From an uncultured euryarchaeote (GTDB lineage: Archaea; Thermoplasmatota; Poseidoniia; Poseidoniales; Poseidoniaceae), in contig CALBRH010000006.1 of assembly GCA_937899865.1 (NCBI GenBank), forward strand, positions 1-37,565: a stretch of 37,565 bases of DNA, read 5' to 3'. The notes under the pieces are model-generated. The model did not search any database. It was not told where the DNA came from and saw nothing but the letters and a program-made list of their open reading frames with translations. Each line of letters begins with the position of its first letter. Within the stretch, counting starts at the first letter, position 1. The position numbers and the translations under genes are program-made. This document shows positions 25,973 through 35,213 of the stretch, one piece after another.

Positions 25973-28063
25973 TCATGAGTTCTGATAAGTTGCTCTGCGC
26001 CCTTCAATAAGTGCAGATAGCCCCTCTAATGCGTCTTTAGTAGAAAATATGTCAGTCAGTTTTGCCAATTCTGAGTCAAGACCCTGTTCTAGCGTAGTAT
26101 TTGCTGTTATGTTGATTAAATCACTAGCCATAGACAAGGCAATTGGAGCGGTATACTTTAGATTCTTTAATTGTCTAGAAATTGTCTTATCTTCAGCATC
26201 ATAGCCATCAGGACAACCACCTGAAATTAGAATTGGGAGATTTTCATCACGGTAGAAATCGGTTGCGAATTTGACAACATTACTATCCGCATTGGCTGGC
26301 TTACCTGAATATTTATCGCTGGGCTTTCCACTACTAACACAATTATTTGTTGCTTTATCAACATCTGCTAAATCAACAAGATGAGTTAGTAATCCGATAT
26401 CATATGCGGTTTGAGCATTCATAAAATTGCCACCAAGTACTGCCCAACGAGCAAGTGGAATTCCTGATATTCTCGCTGGCCTTTGAGAACCACCTAGACC
26501 AGGGTATATTCCTATTGAGGTCTCTGGGAATCTAAATTGAGTTCTACGTGTTCCGATTCGGTAATCGCAACATAACGCTAATTCAAGTCCACCTCCAAGA
26601 GCGAGTCCTGTGGTTAACGCAATGGTAACTTTTGGTGAGTTTTCGATTGAGTTCAATACCTTGTGACCATTACTGGTAAATTCAACAATGTCATCAATTG
26701 AGTCGGATCTAATCTTATCAACAAAGAATTTGACATCAGCTCCAGCAACAAAGGCTTTTCCAGCACCATCCAAAACAATGGTGTGTACTGATTCATTTGC
26801 ATTTACTGCTTTGACTGCAACCCCAAGTTGGTTAATTACGGTTTCATTTAGAGCGTTCATCGCTTCTGGCCGATTGATTGTAATGGTTGCAATGCCGTCA
26901 TTGATTTGTGTATCAACATAAGAAAAATCCCAAGGTGTGTCATTTTCAGCCTGCTTAAAGAAGAAGTCTGGAATTGACCAACTGCTTTTTCCATCTACAT
27001 TATGACATAGAGATTGATATTCTTTGGCCATTTCAAATGATTCTTGAACACCGACTTTATTCATCAATTCAAACGGCCCACGAGCCCATCTAAGTCCAAC
27101 TTTAGCACCTCTGTCAACATCTTCCATCGAACATACTCTCTCATCGACTATTTGTGCAGCAACTCCGAAAACTACACCATATAATCGACGTGAAATTACT
27201 TCGTACTGCTCATCAGAATAAGAAGCATCTTCTTCAATTTCCCACATCCTGTTATCACTCACTAAATCTCTTAGATTTCCTGCACCATTATACCTAGGTG
27301 TTTCAAGTTGTTCTGCGAGATAATCCGTAGAGTGCAAGGCAATTGGTGGACCTGTTAAGTTCATTAAACCAAAAGGACCCAAGCCAATTCTAAACGCCTT
27401 ACATGCAATTGCATCAATTTGAGCTGCATTACCATGCCCTTCTTCGAGCAATAGACACGCTTCATTGAGCCATGGTACAAAAAATCTGTTGACAACAAAA
27501 CCTGGTCTATCGCCACAAACAATTACCACCTTACCAAGCATCTTACAATACTGTACAACTCTGTCAATGGTTTGTTGACTCGTGGATGCTGCAGGTATTA
27601 CCTCTACCAAACGATTCTTGGCGGGATGATAGAAGAAATGTAATCCAACAAATCGGTCAGGTCTACCTGTTGCTTCCGCCAAAGCATTGACTGATAATGA
27701 GGATGTATTGGAAGCGAGGATTGTATTTTCTCCACACGCCTCATCTAAGGTTTTGAAAACTGCAGTCTTAATATCAAAATCTTCGAATACAGCTTCTATA
27801 ACCAAATCAGTATCCTCGGCGGTATTTTCTACGCCTACAACACCAGTGACTCTGCCTTTAATAGCATCTACTTGTTGCTCGCTGAAAATTCTACGTTCAA
27901 CCGCTTCGCTAAGAAAATTAGCGATAATACTCTGCCCTCTATCTACCCATTGTTGCTCTCTATCAACCATTTGTACATCAAATTCTTCCTGGGCAGACTT
28001 CTGAGCAATACCTGAACCCATGTTTCCGGCTCCGACTATTGCTACTCGTTGAATTGGTTGCAT
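25973..28063 (-). CDS. 3-hydroxyacyl-CoA dehydrogenase / enoyl-CoA hydratase fusion
   Basis: GAGNMGSGIA, LASNTSSL, GLHFFYHP, PGFVVNR; INRPEAMNAL, AFVAGAD, ALGGGLELA, PETSIGIYPG. Confidence 0.95.
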   Translation of the reverse strand: MQPIQRVAIVGAGNMGSGIAQKSAQEEFDVQMVDREQQWVDRGQSIIANFLSEAVERRIFSEQQVDAIKGRVTGVVGVENTAEDTDLVIEAVFEDFDIKTAVFKTLDEACGENTILASNTSSLSVNALAEATGRPDRFVGLHFFYHPAKNRLVEVIPAASTSQQTIDRVVQYCKMLGKVVIVCGDRPGFVVNRFFVPWLNEACLLLEEGHGNAAQIDAIACKAFRIGLGPFGLMNLTGPPIALHSTDYLAEQLETPRYNGAGNLRDLVSDNRMWEIEEDASYSDEQYEVISRRLYGVVFGVAAQIVDERVCSMEDVDRGAKVGLRWARGPFELMNKVGVQESFEMAKEYQSLCHNVDGKSSWSIPDFFFKQAENDTPWDFSYVDTQINDGIATITINRPEAMNALNETVINQLGVAVKAVNANESVHTIVLDGAGKAFVAGADVKFFVDKIRSDSIDDIVEFTSNGHKVLNSIENSPKVTIALTTGLALGGGLELALCCDYRIGTRRTQFRFPETSIGIYPGLGGSQRPARISGIPLARWAVLGGNFMNAQTAYDIGLLTHLVDLADVDKATNNCVSSGKPSDKYSGKPANADSNVVKFATDFYRDENLPILISGGCPDGYDAEDKTISRQLKNLKYTAPIALSMASDLINITANTTLEQGLDSELAKLTDIFSTKDALEGLSALIEGRRATYQNS

Positions 28064-28065
28064 GT

Positions 28066-28108
28066 TGATTGCGAATCAAAAGATGTTCATGAATAATGCG
28101 TATTCATG
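28066..28108. promoter_or_regulatory. Two palindromes in the divergent promoter of the beta-oxidation gene
   Basis: TTGATT-gcg-AATCAA (28066-28080) and CATGAATA-atgcg-TATTCATG (28088-28108). Confidence 0.4.
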
Positions 28109-28156
28109 TAAATCCTTCAATTAATCATTTAAGCAAATTCTTTTGCGATATACTTC

Positions 28157-28711
28157 ATGGAAATCACTAGGCAATTTATCCGAATTTGTGTGATTATTTT
28201 TGGAATTCTTGTTTTGTCTTCATACGTCTATGGCCTCTCAAAAGCGGATGACAAAATGGCTTTATGGGGTGGAATACCGCATTCTTGGCTTAAATTCATA
28301 GTCCCTTGTATGTTTATTGCAGCAATTGGTTGGCTAATTTATTGGTGGACTATTTTGTATAGTGTAGATGCATCAGTAATTGACCAACTTCGCTGGCCTT
28401 GGCAAGATTCTGCTGATGGCAAAGGAGCTAATCGACTATTCTTGGCCTATTGTGTGTTTTTGATTCCATCCATGTTATGGCTAGAAAGTACATTATTCCA
28501 CATCAGCAATGACTATTCTTGGACTCCGTTTTTGGTCATAGGAGTGTTAACATTAGCATCAATTGGCAACATTATGTATGGATTGTTAGCCTATTCAGCC
28601 TATCAAGACGGATTAGATGGTGCAAACATGATGTTGCTCGGATCGGTTATGCTAAGTATTCAATGTATCATTTTAGATAACATAGTTTGGAGTGCTAAAT
28701 TCCCTTGGTAA
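28157..28711 (+). CDS. Hypothetical polytopic membrane protein
   Basis: 184 aa, about 5 hydrophobic helices. Confidence 0.75.
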   Translation: MEITRQFIRICVIIFGILVLSSYVYGLSKADDKMALWGGIPHSWLKFIVPCMFIAAIGWLIYWWTILYSVDASVIDQLRWPWQDSADGKGANRLFLAYCVFLIPSMLWLESTLFHISNDYSWTPFLVIGVLTLASIGNIMYGLLAYSAYQDGLDGANMMLLGSVMLSIQCIILDNIVWSAKFPW

Positions 28712-28712
28712 G

Positions 28713-29861
28713 TTAGGCTACAAAGGAATTGTAGGCTTCACTCAAGCGCTGACAAAATACCGAATTATCATATTTTTTAGCATGTTCAATCAGATCGATT
28801 TGTGCAATATTACTCTCTCCATCATTTGATTGATAATAATCATGTAACGAAGTAATGGCATCCACCCATTCAGCCACATCATCTGCTGGAATACAACTAT
28901 TCTCAGGCATTAATTCATTATGTGATGGTAAATCTGCACAGATCACCTTCATACCTGAAGCCATTGATTCAATTGGCGGGTAACCAAAGCCTTCACTAAC
29001 TGAGGGAAATAGTAAGGCATCACACTTGATTCTAAGTGTCATTAGATACTCATCAGAAACTGAGGAGCCATGAATTGTCAAATTAGTAATTCCACAAGAC
29101 TTGGCTAGTTCAGCGATTGGCGGCAAACCAAAATTGCCATCTGAATTACCAACATGATGAAGGTGGATGCCTTGTCTTACCTCAGTAGGTAGTTTTGAAA
29201 TTACTTCGAAGAGAAATTTCATCCGTTTTCTAGGATCGTTACTTCCAACAACCAGTAAGTTGCAAGCGTCGGGTAGCGATATGTCAACCAACTCTTGATT
29301 ATCTGGGTGATATTTTGCTGAATCTATACCTAATGGAATACAAGTTGATTGTACTTTAGGGAAATTGATTTTTGCGGCACCAAGGGTGTGTTGAGAATTG
29401 CAAATCAGATGGCTGGCCCTTCTTACTCCATGCTTCAGCTTGTTTAGGTCTCGACGTCTAATCATGCCAGGAGATACTTCGCCAATATCTACTATCTCGT
29501 CACCAAATTGCAATTGTTCTGGGAACAGATGAAATAAATCATGAACTGTAATAACCACAGGAATGTTACTATCTTTTGGAACTAGATGAGCCTGTTCCTG
29601 ATCCGTAATATGAACTAAATCAAATTCACCAACTTCATTTTTGATTTTTTTAGCGACTCTTTTCGGGTGAGAAAACCATCTATTCCAAATTCTAGATAAT
29701 GGATTGCTAGTTTTTGAAAGTGGATATTCACATACACCTGCTAATTGCCAACCAGTTACCTTTCCAGAGTTCAACATATCAACTAAGTTATGATGTGCTG
29801 CACCAAGCCCAGTATTACGGCCAAGAGCGCCTCCACGTACAAGTAGAACCCTCTTGGCCAT
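28713..29861 (-). CDS. Glycosyltransferase family 4
   Basis: VVITVHDL, FPSVSEGFGYPPIESMASG (EX7E); start moved to MAKRV. Confidence 0.9.
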   Translation of the reverse strand: MAKRVLLVRGGALGRNTGLGAAHHNLVDMLNSGKVTGWQLAGVCEYPLSKTSNPLSRIWNRWFSHPKRVAKKIKNEVGEFDLVHITDQEQAHLVPKDSNIPVVITVHDLFHLFPEQLQFGDEIVDIGEVSPGMIRRRDLNKLKHGVRRASHLICNSQHTLGAAKINFPKVQSTCIPLGIDSAKYHPDNQELVDISLPDACNLLVVGSNDPRKRMKFLFEVISKLPTEVRQGIHLHHVGNSDGNFGLPPIAELAKSCGITNLTIHGSSVSDEYLMTLRIKCDALLFPSVSEGFGYPPIESMASGMKVICADLPSHNELMPENSCIPADDVAEWVDAITSLHDYYQSNDGESNIAQIDLIEHAKKYDNSVFCQRLSEAYNSFVA

Positions 29862-29927
29862 GCTACCACCACCAGTGCTCACCATTTCAAAGGTGAGTTT
29901 GATTGAGTAGTCTTACTCAGTTGTCGC

Positions 29928-32663
29928 TTATTCTTCTTCGTTGCCTAGAGCAATGACTCCAAGTACCAAACAAGAAAGAGCACCCAAATAGAGTAGTAGT
30001 GCAACATAGTCTGTTGGCACATCAAAGTTAGTCCAGTAAGTAAGTCCATTCTGATTGGTTACAATTGAACTCTCCATCTCCTCTGCATCGTCATCTTCAA
30101 TCTCGGATGATTGAACGATTTGGAATACTTCTTGAAGGTCAGTCATTTGTGGTGCAGTTGCTCTATCATAAGGATCTCTCATGTCTAGGTAGAAAGTAGA
30201 GGTTGAATCACCAGCAATAATCAATCCTGAAAGTTCCTCTGCTTGCATGTTAATCTCGGTACCGAAGTAAATAGGTAAAGCAGGAACCATAGCATCTACC
30301 AAAGTAAATGACTTGATTAGTTTCGCAGTGATTGGTCGTGTTGTTGGGTCAACAGATGCTGAACAATCATCTACTGGAATTCCCTTCACTTCACTTGTTC
30401 CTGAACAAGTTACCGCTGTGATTGCATAACCGCCCGCATCGACCTTGTCTCCATCACCAGTTAGGAATCCACCAGTGGTTTCGTCCAAAGTTTCAACTCC
30501 AACTAGGCCAAAGGTTGCCATCATCATTTCTGTGCTGTGCCAAGATAGTTCGTTAGAGCCATCTTCAAGGAGAGTCTCTCCTTTATCACAGTCTGAGTTG
30601 TGTCCAGTACAAATGGTGTAAGTTGTTGCAGGTCCGGTTGAAATTCCACCAGAGCCGTAGTAAGTAAGGTTGGTTTCCAACTTAGACCAACCAAGTGTTG
30701 GGTCGGTAATATCACCAGCTACGAAAGCACTTACAGGGTCTCTCCATCCAAATAGCCACTCGTTTACGGTTTGTGTCTTGTATGGACCATCACTGCCAAG
30801 ACCCATCAAGAATCCTGGTACGAAGTCATCGTATACTGCATCTCTTAGCATTACTCTAAGTGCTGCAGCTGCATTAGCATCAATTCCATAGATTAGACCA
30901 ATCGTTGTCTCATCCCAAGTCATTGGTGCACCTGGTGCCATTGTCTGTAAGTCTACTGGAGGAGTTTGTCCATACATTTCTCCATATAGGAATAAGCCAG
31001 CTCCTGTTGTCGTAGTAATACCAAGAGGCCCGTATAGTAGGTTTCCTGCTGCTGCTTCGTCAACAGATACTGGAGTTCCTTGTGGTGAAGCCGGCATCAA
31101 AGCAGTTCCCCATGCACCGCCCAAGTTTAGGCTGTAGGTAAGATAACCACCGTTAATTGGGTCTTCGCCACCAAGTGTTACGTTAACGAATTTTTCAGCG
31201 GTCATATCACCTGAGCCGCCAAGGAGAACCATTGGAAGAGCGGTTTGGCTTGTTAACCATCCACCAACCCAAGTAGCGATCGCACCATATTGTGCCATAT
31301 CTAATCCGTATGAGGACATTGCTGTTGCAGCGTCCATGCCAATGAATGTTGCAACACCGAATGCAGTTCCATCTTCATTAGTAGCAAGTAGACCTGTTGG
31401 AGTCTCAGTATCCTGTCCGCCAAATAGCAGATTCATTGCAACTGCGTTATCAATATCGACGCCAAGATAATTCATCATACGAGTTGATGCATTTACTGCA
31501 GTACCGGTTTGATCCATGAACCACTCGGAGTCGCCACCGCCATGTGTTGCAGAGAAAGCAGCAGATGCAATCCCGAAGCACATTGCATAATCTCGAGCGA
31601 TTGTTGCATTGAAGTCAATCTCTGTTGGACTTGACATTGCCATGTAGCCCCATATTCCGGCTCTTTGCATGGTTCCTGTGGTAAATGCTGGAGCGTTTAC
31701 AGCATCTGCAGATACTGAAGCATAGTCTCCAGTTGGGAATGCTTGGCAATGACCAGACAGCATCAATACACCCAACATCCCATTAAGTGAGACATCTTCT
31801 CCAGAAACTGGCATTGCTGTATTATTGAATGCGGACCAAATAGTATCATCGAAGCTAGGTCCAGTAAATGTGATACCAGTAGGATCGCCACCGGCTGCTT
31901 GCATTTGCTGTCCTTGGATTGCTTGAGTATAGGTAACAGCTGCACCTTCAAAACCAGGCATATTGTTCATGCCTGACATATTGTTTGCTGCAAAGTATCC
32001 ATCAAACTGATTGTAATAAGTGTCTGCTAGAGATGCTGCATAATGTGACTTTTCATCTTCCCAATCTTCAGGATCTTGACCATCAACGATAGCATCAAAG
32101 TTAGAATTGAGATCTGCAGCAGTTGCTTTACCAGCACTGAAAGATGTCATCTCTTGATTAATTGCTCCGGCTGCGAAACCAGCCTTAGTAAGATCCATAA
32201 TTCCAGAAATTGCCACACCTGTTGCTCCAACAACTTGTGGTTGGAATGGGATATTGGTCGTAGTAACCTCTGTATCACAAGCAGTTGTAGTGTCTTCTGC
32301 ACAGGTGTAAACCTTGGATTCACTGTAGGTTAAAGTTCCAGCAGTTTCATCGAACGAAATAATTTCACGAGTGTATGAAATATCATAATCAAAAGGTCCA
32401 ACCTTTTCATACACTGGTTCTGCTGCGCCTGGATTGGTTAAATTCCACGCGTAATAACTTCTCTCTCCGGTACTGGAGGCCCAATCCTCTTCTGCTTCCG
32501 TACAATCATCATTTGCACAGATATTATCTGCAGGGAAGGTCTCGAAATTATCTTCCACTGCACCTTCTACTGCACCTGTCGAAAGCATCGACAGGGGGGC
32601 ACTCAAAATTAGGCAAACCAAAGCGGCTCCAAGCATCATTTTACTATTTGATAGCATACTCAT
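29928..32663 (-). CDS. CD36/SR-B/LIMP-2-like two-TM membrane protein with a ~490-aa insertion
   Basis: YYAWNLTNP, EKVGPFDY, TTNIP, TQTVNEWLFGWRDP, YTICTG, SEVKGIP, ELSGLII colinear with CD36-family motifs; TMs at both ends. Confidence 0.75.
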   Translation of the reverse strand: MSMLSNSKMMLGAALVCLILSAPLSMLSTGAVEGAVEDNFETFPADNICANDDCTEAEEDWASSTGERSYYAWNLTNPGAAEPVYEKVGPFDYDISYTREIISFDETAGTLTYSESKVYTCAEDTTTACDTEVTTTNIPFQPQVVGATGVAISGIMDLTKAGFAAGAINQEMTSFSAGKATAADLNSNFDAIVDGQDPEDWEDEKSHYAASLADTYYNQFDGYFAANNMSGMNNMPGFEGAAVTYTQAIQGQQMQAAGGDPTGITFTGPSFDDTIWSAFNNTAMPVSGEDVSLNGMLGVLMLSGHCQAFPTGDYASVSADAVNAPAFTTGTMQRAGIWGYMAMSSPTEIDFNATIARDYAMCFGIASAAFSATHGGGDSEWFMDQTGTAVNASTRMMNYLGVDIDNAVAMNLLFGGQDTETPTGLLATNEDGTAFGVATFIGMDAATAMSSYGLDMAQYGAIATWVGGWLTSQTALPMVLLGGSGDMTAEKFVNVTLGGEDPINGGYLTYSLNLGGAWGTALMPASPQGTPVSVDEAAAGNLLYGPLGITTTTGAGLFLYGEMYGQTPPVDLQTMAPGAPMTWDETTIGLIYGIDANAAAALRVMLRDAVYDDFVPGFLMGLGSDGPYKTQTVNEWLFGWRDPVSAFVAGDITDPTLGWSKLETNLTYYGSGGISTGPATTYTICTGHNSDCDKGETLLEDGSNELSWHSTEMMMATFGLVGVETLDETTGGFLTGDGDKVDAGGYAITAVTCSGTSEVKGIPVDDCSASVDPTTRPITAKLIKSFTLVDAMVPALPIYFGTEINMQAEELSGLIIAGDSTSTFYLDMRDPYDRATAPQMTDLQEVFQIVQSSEIEDDDAEEMESSIVTNQNGLTYWTNFDVPTDYVALLLYLGALSCLVLGVIALGNEEE

Positions 32664-32683
32664 ACCTTGATGTAACAAAATCT

Positions 32684-32703
32684 AGGTGTTAAAGATTACA
32701 CCT
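32684..32703. promoter_or_regulatory. Palindrome AGGTGT-N8-ACACCT over the TATA-like box of the CD36-like gene
   Basis: Inverted repeat spanning CTTTAA about 27 nt upstream of ATG 32663; divergent HxlR gene. Confidence 0.45.
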
Positions 32704-32817
32704 GCTGTTAGCCAGATTATTGACAAATAAGGCAAATCGCACCTCTCCAACCAAATATATTGTAGCACTAAGTGTAAAAAAGGAAGTTACTATCGGAATG
32801 AATACTCGTGTGATATT

Positions 32818-33267
32818 ATGCCTAATCCAGTTCAAAATATCTCAGAGGACTCCATTACATTAATCAAATCTAAAATTGATGACACTATTGAAAATGGTAT
32901 GTCGATAAGGCAGGCACTTGCAGAATACTCCAATAGTGACGCATATGACATCAATTGGGAAGTACAAGCTGCAGTTGAAGCATTACAGGTTTTTGGCTCG
33001 CGTTGGACTATTGAAATTCTCTCTACATTATACATCGCTGGTCCAAGGAGGTTCAACGAGATGAAAGCATTACTCGAAGGAATCTCTTCACGAACTCTAT
33101 CAGATAAACTCACTCTATTAGCCAGTGAAGGTTTAATCAATAGAACTGTAGATGAAGGCCCGCCTATAAGAGTCGCATACGCTCTTAGCGAACATGGTAT
33201 TGCTTGTGGAAGATTGCTTTCACCATTGGTTGCTCATCTAAAGATCCGTTCTGGTTCGGTTCAATGA
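32818..33267 (+). CDS. HxlR-family winged-helix regulator
   Basis: VFGSRWTIEIL, GPRRFNEM, GISSRTLSDKL, PPIRVAYALSEHG. Confidence 0.92.
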   Translation: MPNPVQNISEDSITLIKSKIDDTIENGMSIRQALAEYSNSDAYDINWEVQAAVEALQVFGSRWTIEILSTLYIAGPRRFNEMKALLEGISSRTLSDKLTLLASEGLINRTVDEGPPIRVAYALSEHGIACGRLLSPLVAHLKIRSGSVQ

Positions 33268-33313
33268 ATCACCTAACGGATGCTTTAACAAAGGAGAACT
33301 GTATAGTCTAATT

Positions 33314-33976
33314 ATGCCTCTAATTGCTCAATGGGTTCGACAACGCCCGTGGTTAGCGGCTGGTCTCGCTGGAGCGGCTGGTGGAATTGCTGGAGTTGCC
33401 AGTGGCATGGCAGCGGCTGCTAGCGCAGTTGGTGCGCTAGCATTTGGTGGCATATCGACCAAATCTAGAAACTCCGAACATCCACTACGTCGCAGAATAT
33501 TACTTACTCTCGATAAACATCCAGGATTATGTTATCGTGAATTGCAATCAACATTGGCAACGGCAAATGGTACTTTGAGACATCATCTTGATGTGTTGCA
33601 AACTCGGCAAAGTATTACTGTAATGCCAGTTAATGGTAGAACCTGTTACTTTGCCGGAGCCCCCAGTCAAGTCGAGGTGCTGAAAGGTATTGCAGTGAAT
33701 GAGCAAAGGGCAGCATCTGCTCTGCCGATTGGCTTATCATTGGTTCAAAGACTAATCATTGAAGATATTGTTAAGGAAGGTATTCCTCGCTCACAGGCTC
33801 ATCTTGCTCGAAGAATTGGCAGAACTAGAGCAACTGTTCACTCTGCGGTAAAGGTCCTTAGAAGAAGAGGAATCTTACGAGAAGATCGGATTGAATTGAT
33901 GCCACACATTGACATGGATATCGAATGGCATGGCACTCATGGCGTCGATTATGAATGGCTTGACGAACGCCGATGA
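33314..33976 (+). CDS. Two-wHTH regulator with hydrophobic N-terminus (COG3398-like)
   Basis: RRRILLTLDKHPGLCYREL...GTLRHHL; second HTH SQAHLARRIGRTRATVHSAVKVL. Confidence 0.75.
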   Translation: MPLIAQWVRQRPWLAAGLAGAAGGIAGVASGMAAAASAVGALAFGGISTKSRNSEHPLRRRILLTLDKHPGLCYRELQSTLATANGTLRHHLDVLQTRQSITVMPVNGRTCYFAGAPSQVEVLKGIAVNEQRAASALPIGLSLVQRLIIEDIVKEGIPRSQAHLARRIGRTRATVHSAVKVLRRRGILREDRIELMPHIDMDIEWHGTHGVDYEWLDERR

Positions 33977-34060
33977 AAGTTTACTCTATTTTTCGCCTCT
34001 CAAGCGGCAATTAATACATAGAATTCAAAGACCTTCGTCGACGCCTAAGTCTCGAGGATA

Positions 34061-35170
34061 ATGTTCAAAGTTAGATTACAAGAGGTTTCTCTACCTACAA
34101 GTGACCGAGATATTGATAGTCTAACAACTTGGTTTGTAGACACATTATGTTTGGTTAGAAAACGTGGCGATGATATGGCTGACCATGGACTGGCTAATCC
34201 TGTTCATCGCCTACTTCGAGATTATCTGTTTGCCCAGCCAGAGGTCGGATGGGATGCACAAATGCTAGCTGATGAATTAGCACTAACTCCTGCTTCGCTA
34301 AACCATCATCTGACAAGATTGGTTCAATCTGGAATTATTGGTTATACCAATGAAGGTAAAGGTTGGAGAAGATATTACCTGCGAGGTGGTTCACTATCAA
34401 AAGCAGTAGAGATTTTTGCTAACCAAGCAAGTATTATTGTTAACCAAAGATTGGAAATGCTCGATAATCACTGGGGTCGAGAAAACCCTCGTCTGGTGCT
34501 GGAATTACCAGAAAATGACCGCCCACCACTCACCTTAGGAATCGTTGACCATAGACCATTGATTCCTGATTCTGAAGAGAGTTTACTATCTCAATGGATG
34601 GGCGATTTCGGTTTGCTTGGGGAACGACCCGGCAAGGAAATCAAAGCAGACTCAATCTCAGTTCAATTATTCGAATTGATGATGGGGCGTGATGCTCCAC
34701 TTTCTCTTGATGAAGCAGCTGAAATTCTCGGCGGACAAAAAGCCCGTATCGGTCGGATTTTAGAGCGATTTAGAAGTAGTGGCATGGTTGAAAGGATTCC
34801 TCGTACTGACCGATTATCAGTTGCTTTGTGGAATGCGATGGCTACGCAACATCAACGACGTGGCGAAGACTGGATGCTGAAAAAAGGTGGATTCCAAAGA
34901 ATCTTAAATGCCAAACAGCAAACAAAATTATTGATGTCTCTAAAGAAAGGAAAATTGTCAATAGAGGATGTTGATAAAGAAATGAAGAATATTGATCCTC
35001 AACAACAAATGCTACTATTGAATCTACTTGGAGGAAGACTACCACTTGGACATAGAATGAATGGTGAAGACTCCGCCCAAGTAAAGCGAAATGTCCAAGA
35101 TTCCCTCGATAGAGTGCTTAGAAGAATGCGTAGAGTCGCTGAAATGTTAGAATCCGAATTATCCTCATAA
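34061..35170 (+). CDS. Protein with two winged-helix (ArsR/TrmB-like) domains
   Basis: AQMLADELALTPASLNHHLTRLVQSG; SLDEAAEILGGQKARIGRILERFRSSGMVER. Confidence 0.75.
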   Translation: MFKVRLQEVSLPTSDRDIDSLTTWFVDTLCLVRKRGDDMADHGLANPVHRLLRDYLFAQPEVGWDAQMLADELALTPASLNHHLTRLVQSGIIGYTNEGKGWRRYYLRGGSLSKAVEIFANQASIIVNQRLEMLDNHWGRENPRLVLELPENDRPPLTLGIVDHRPLIPDSEESLLSQWMGDFGLLGERPGKEIKADSISVQLFELMMGRDAPLSLDEAAEILGGQKARIGRILERFRSSGMVERIPRTDRLSVALWNAMATQHQRRGEDWMLKKGGFQRILNAKQQTKLLMSLKKGKLSIEDVDKEMKNIDPQQQMLLLNLLGGRLPLGHRMNGEDSAQVKRNVQDSLDRVLRRMRRVAEMLESELSS

Positions 35171-35213
35171 TTTCATCCAACTATTGAAAAATAGCAGCCT
35201 TGAGCATAAAGCG

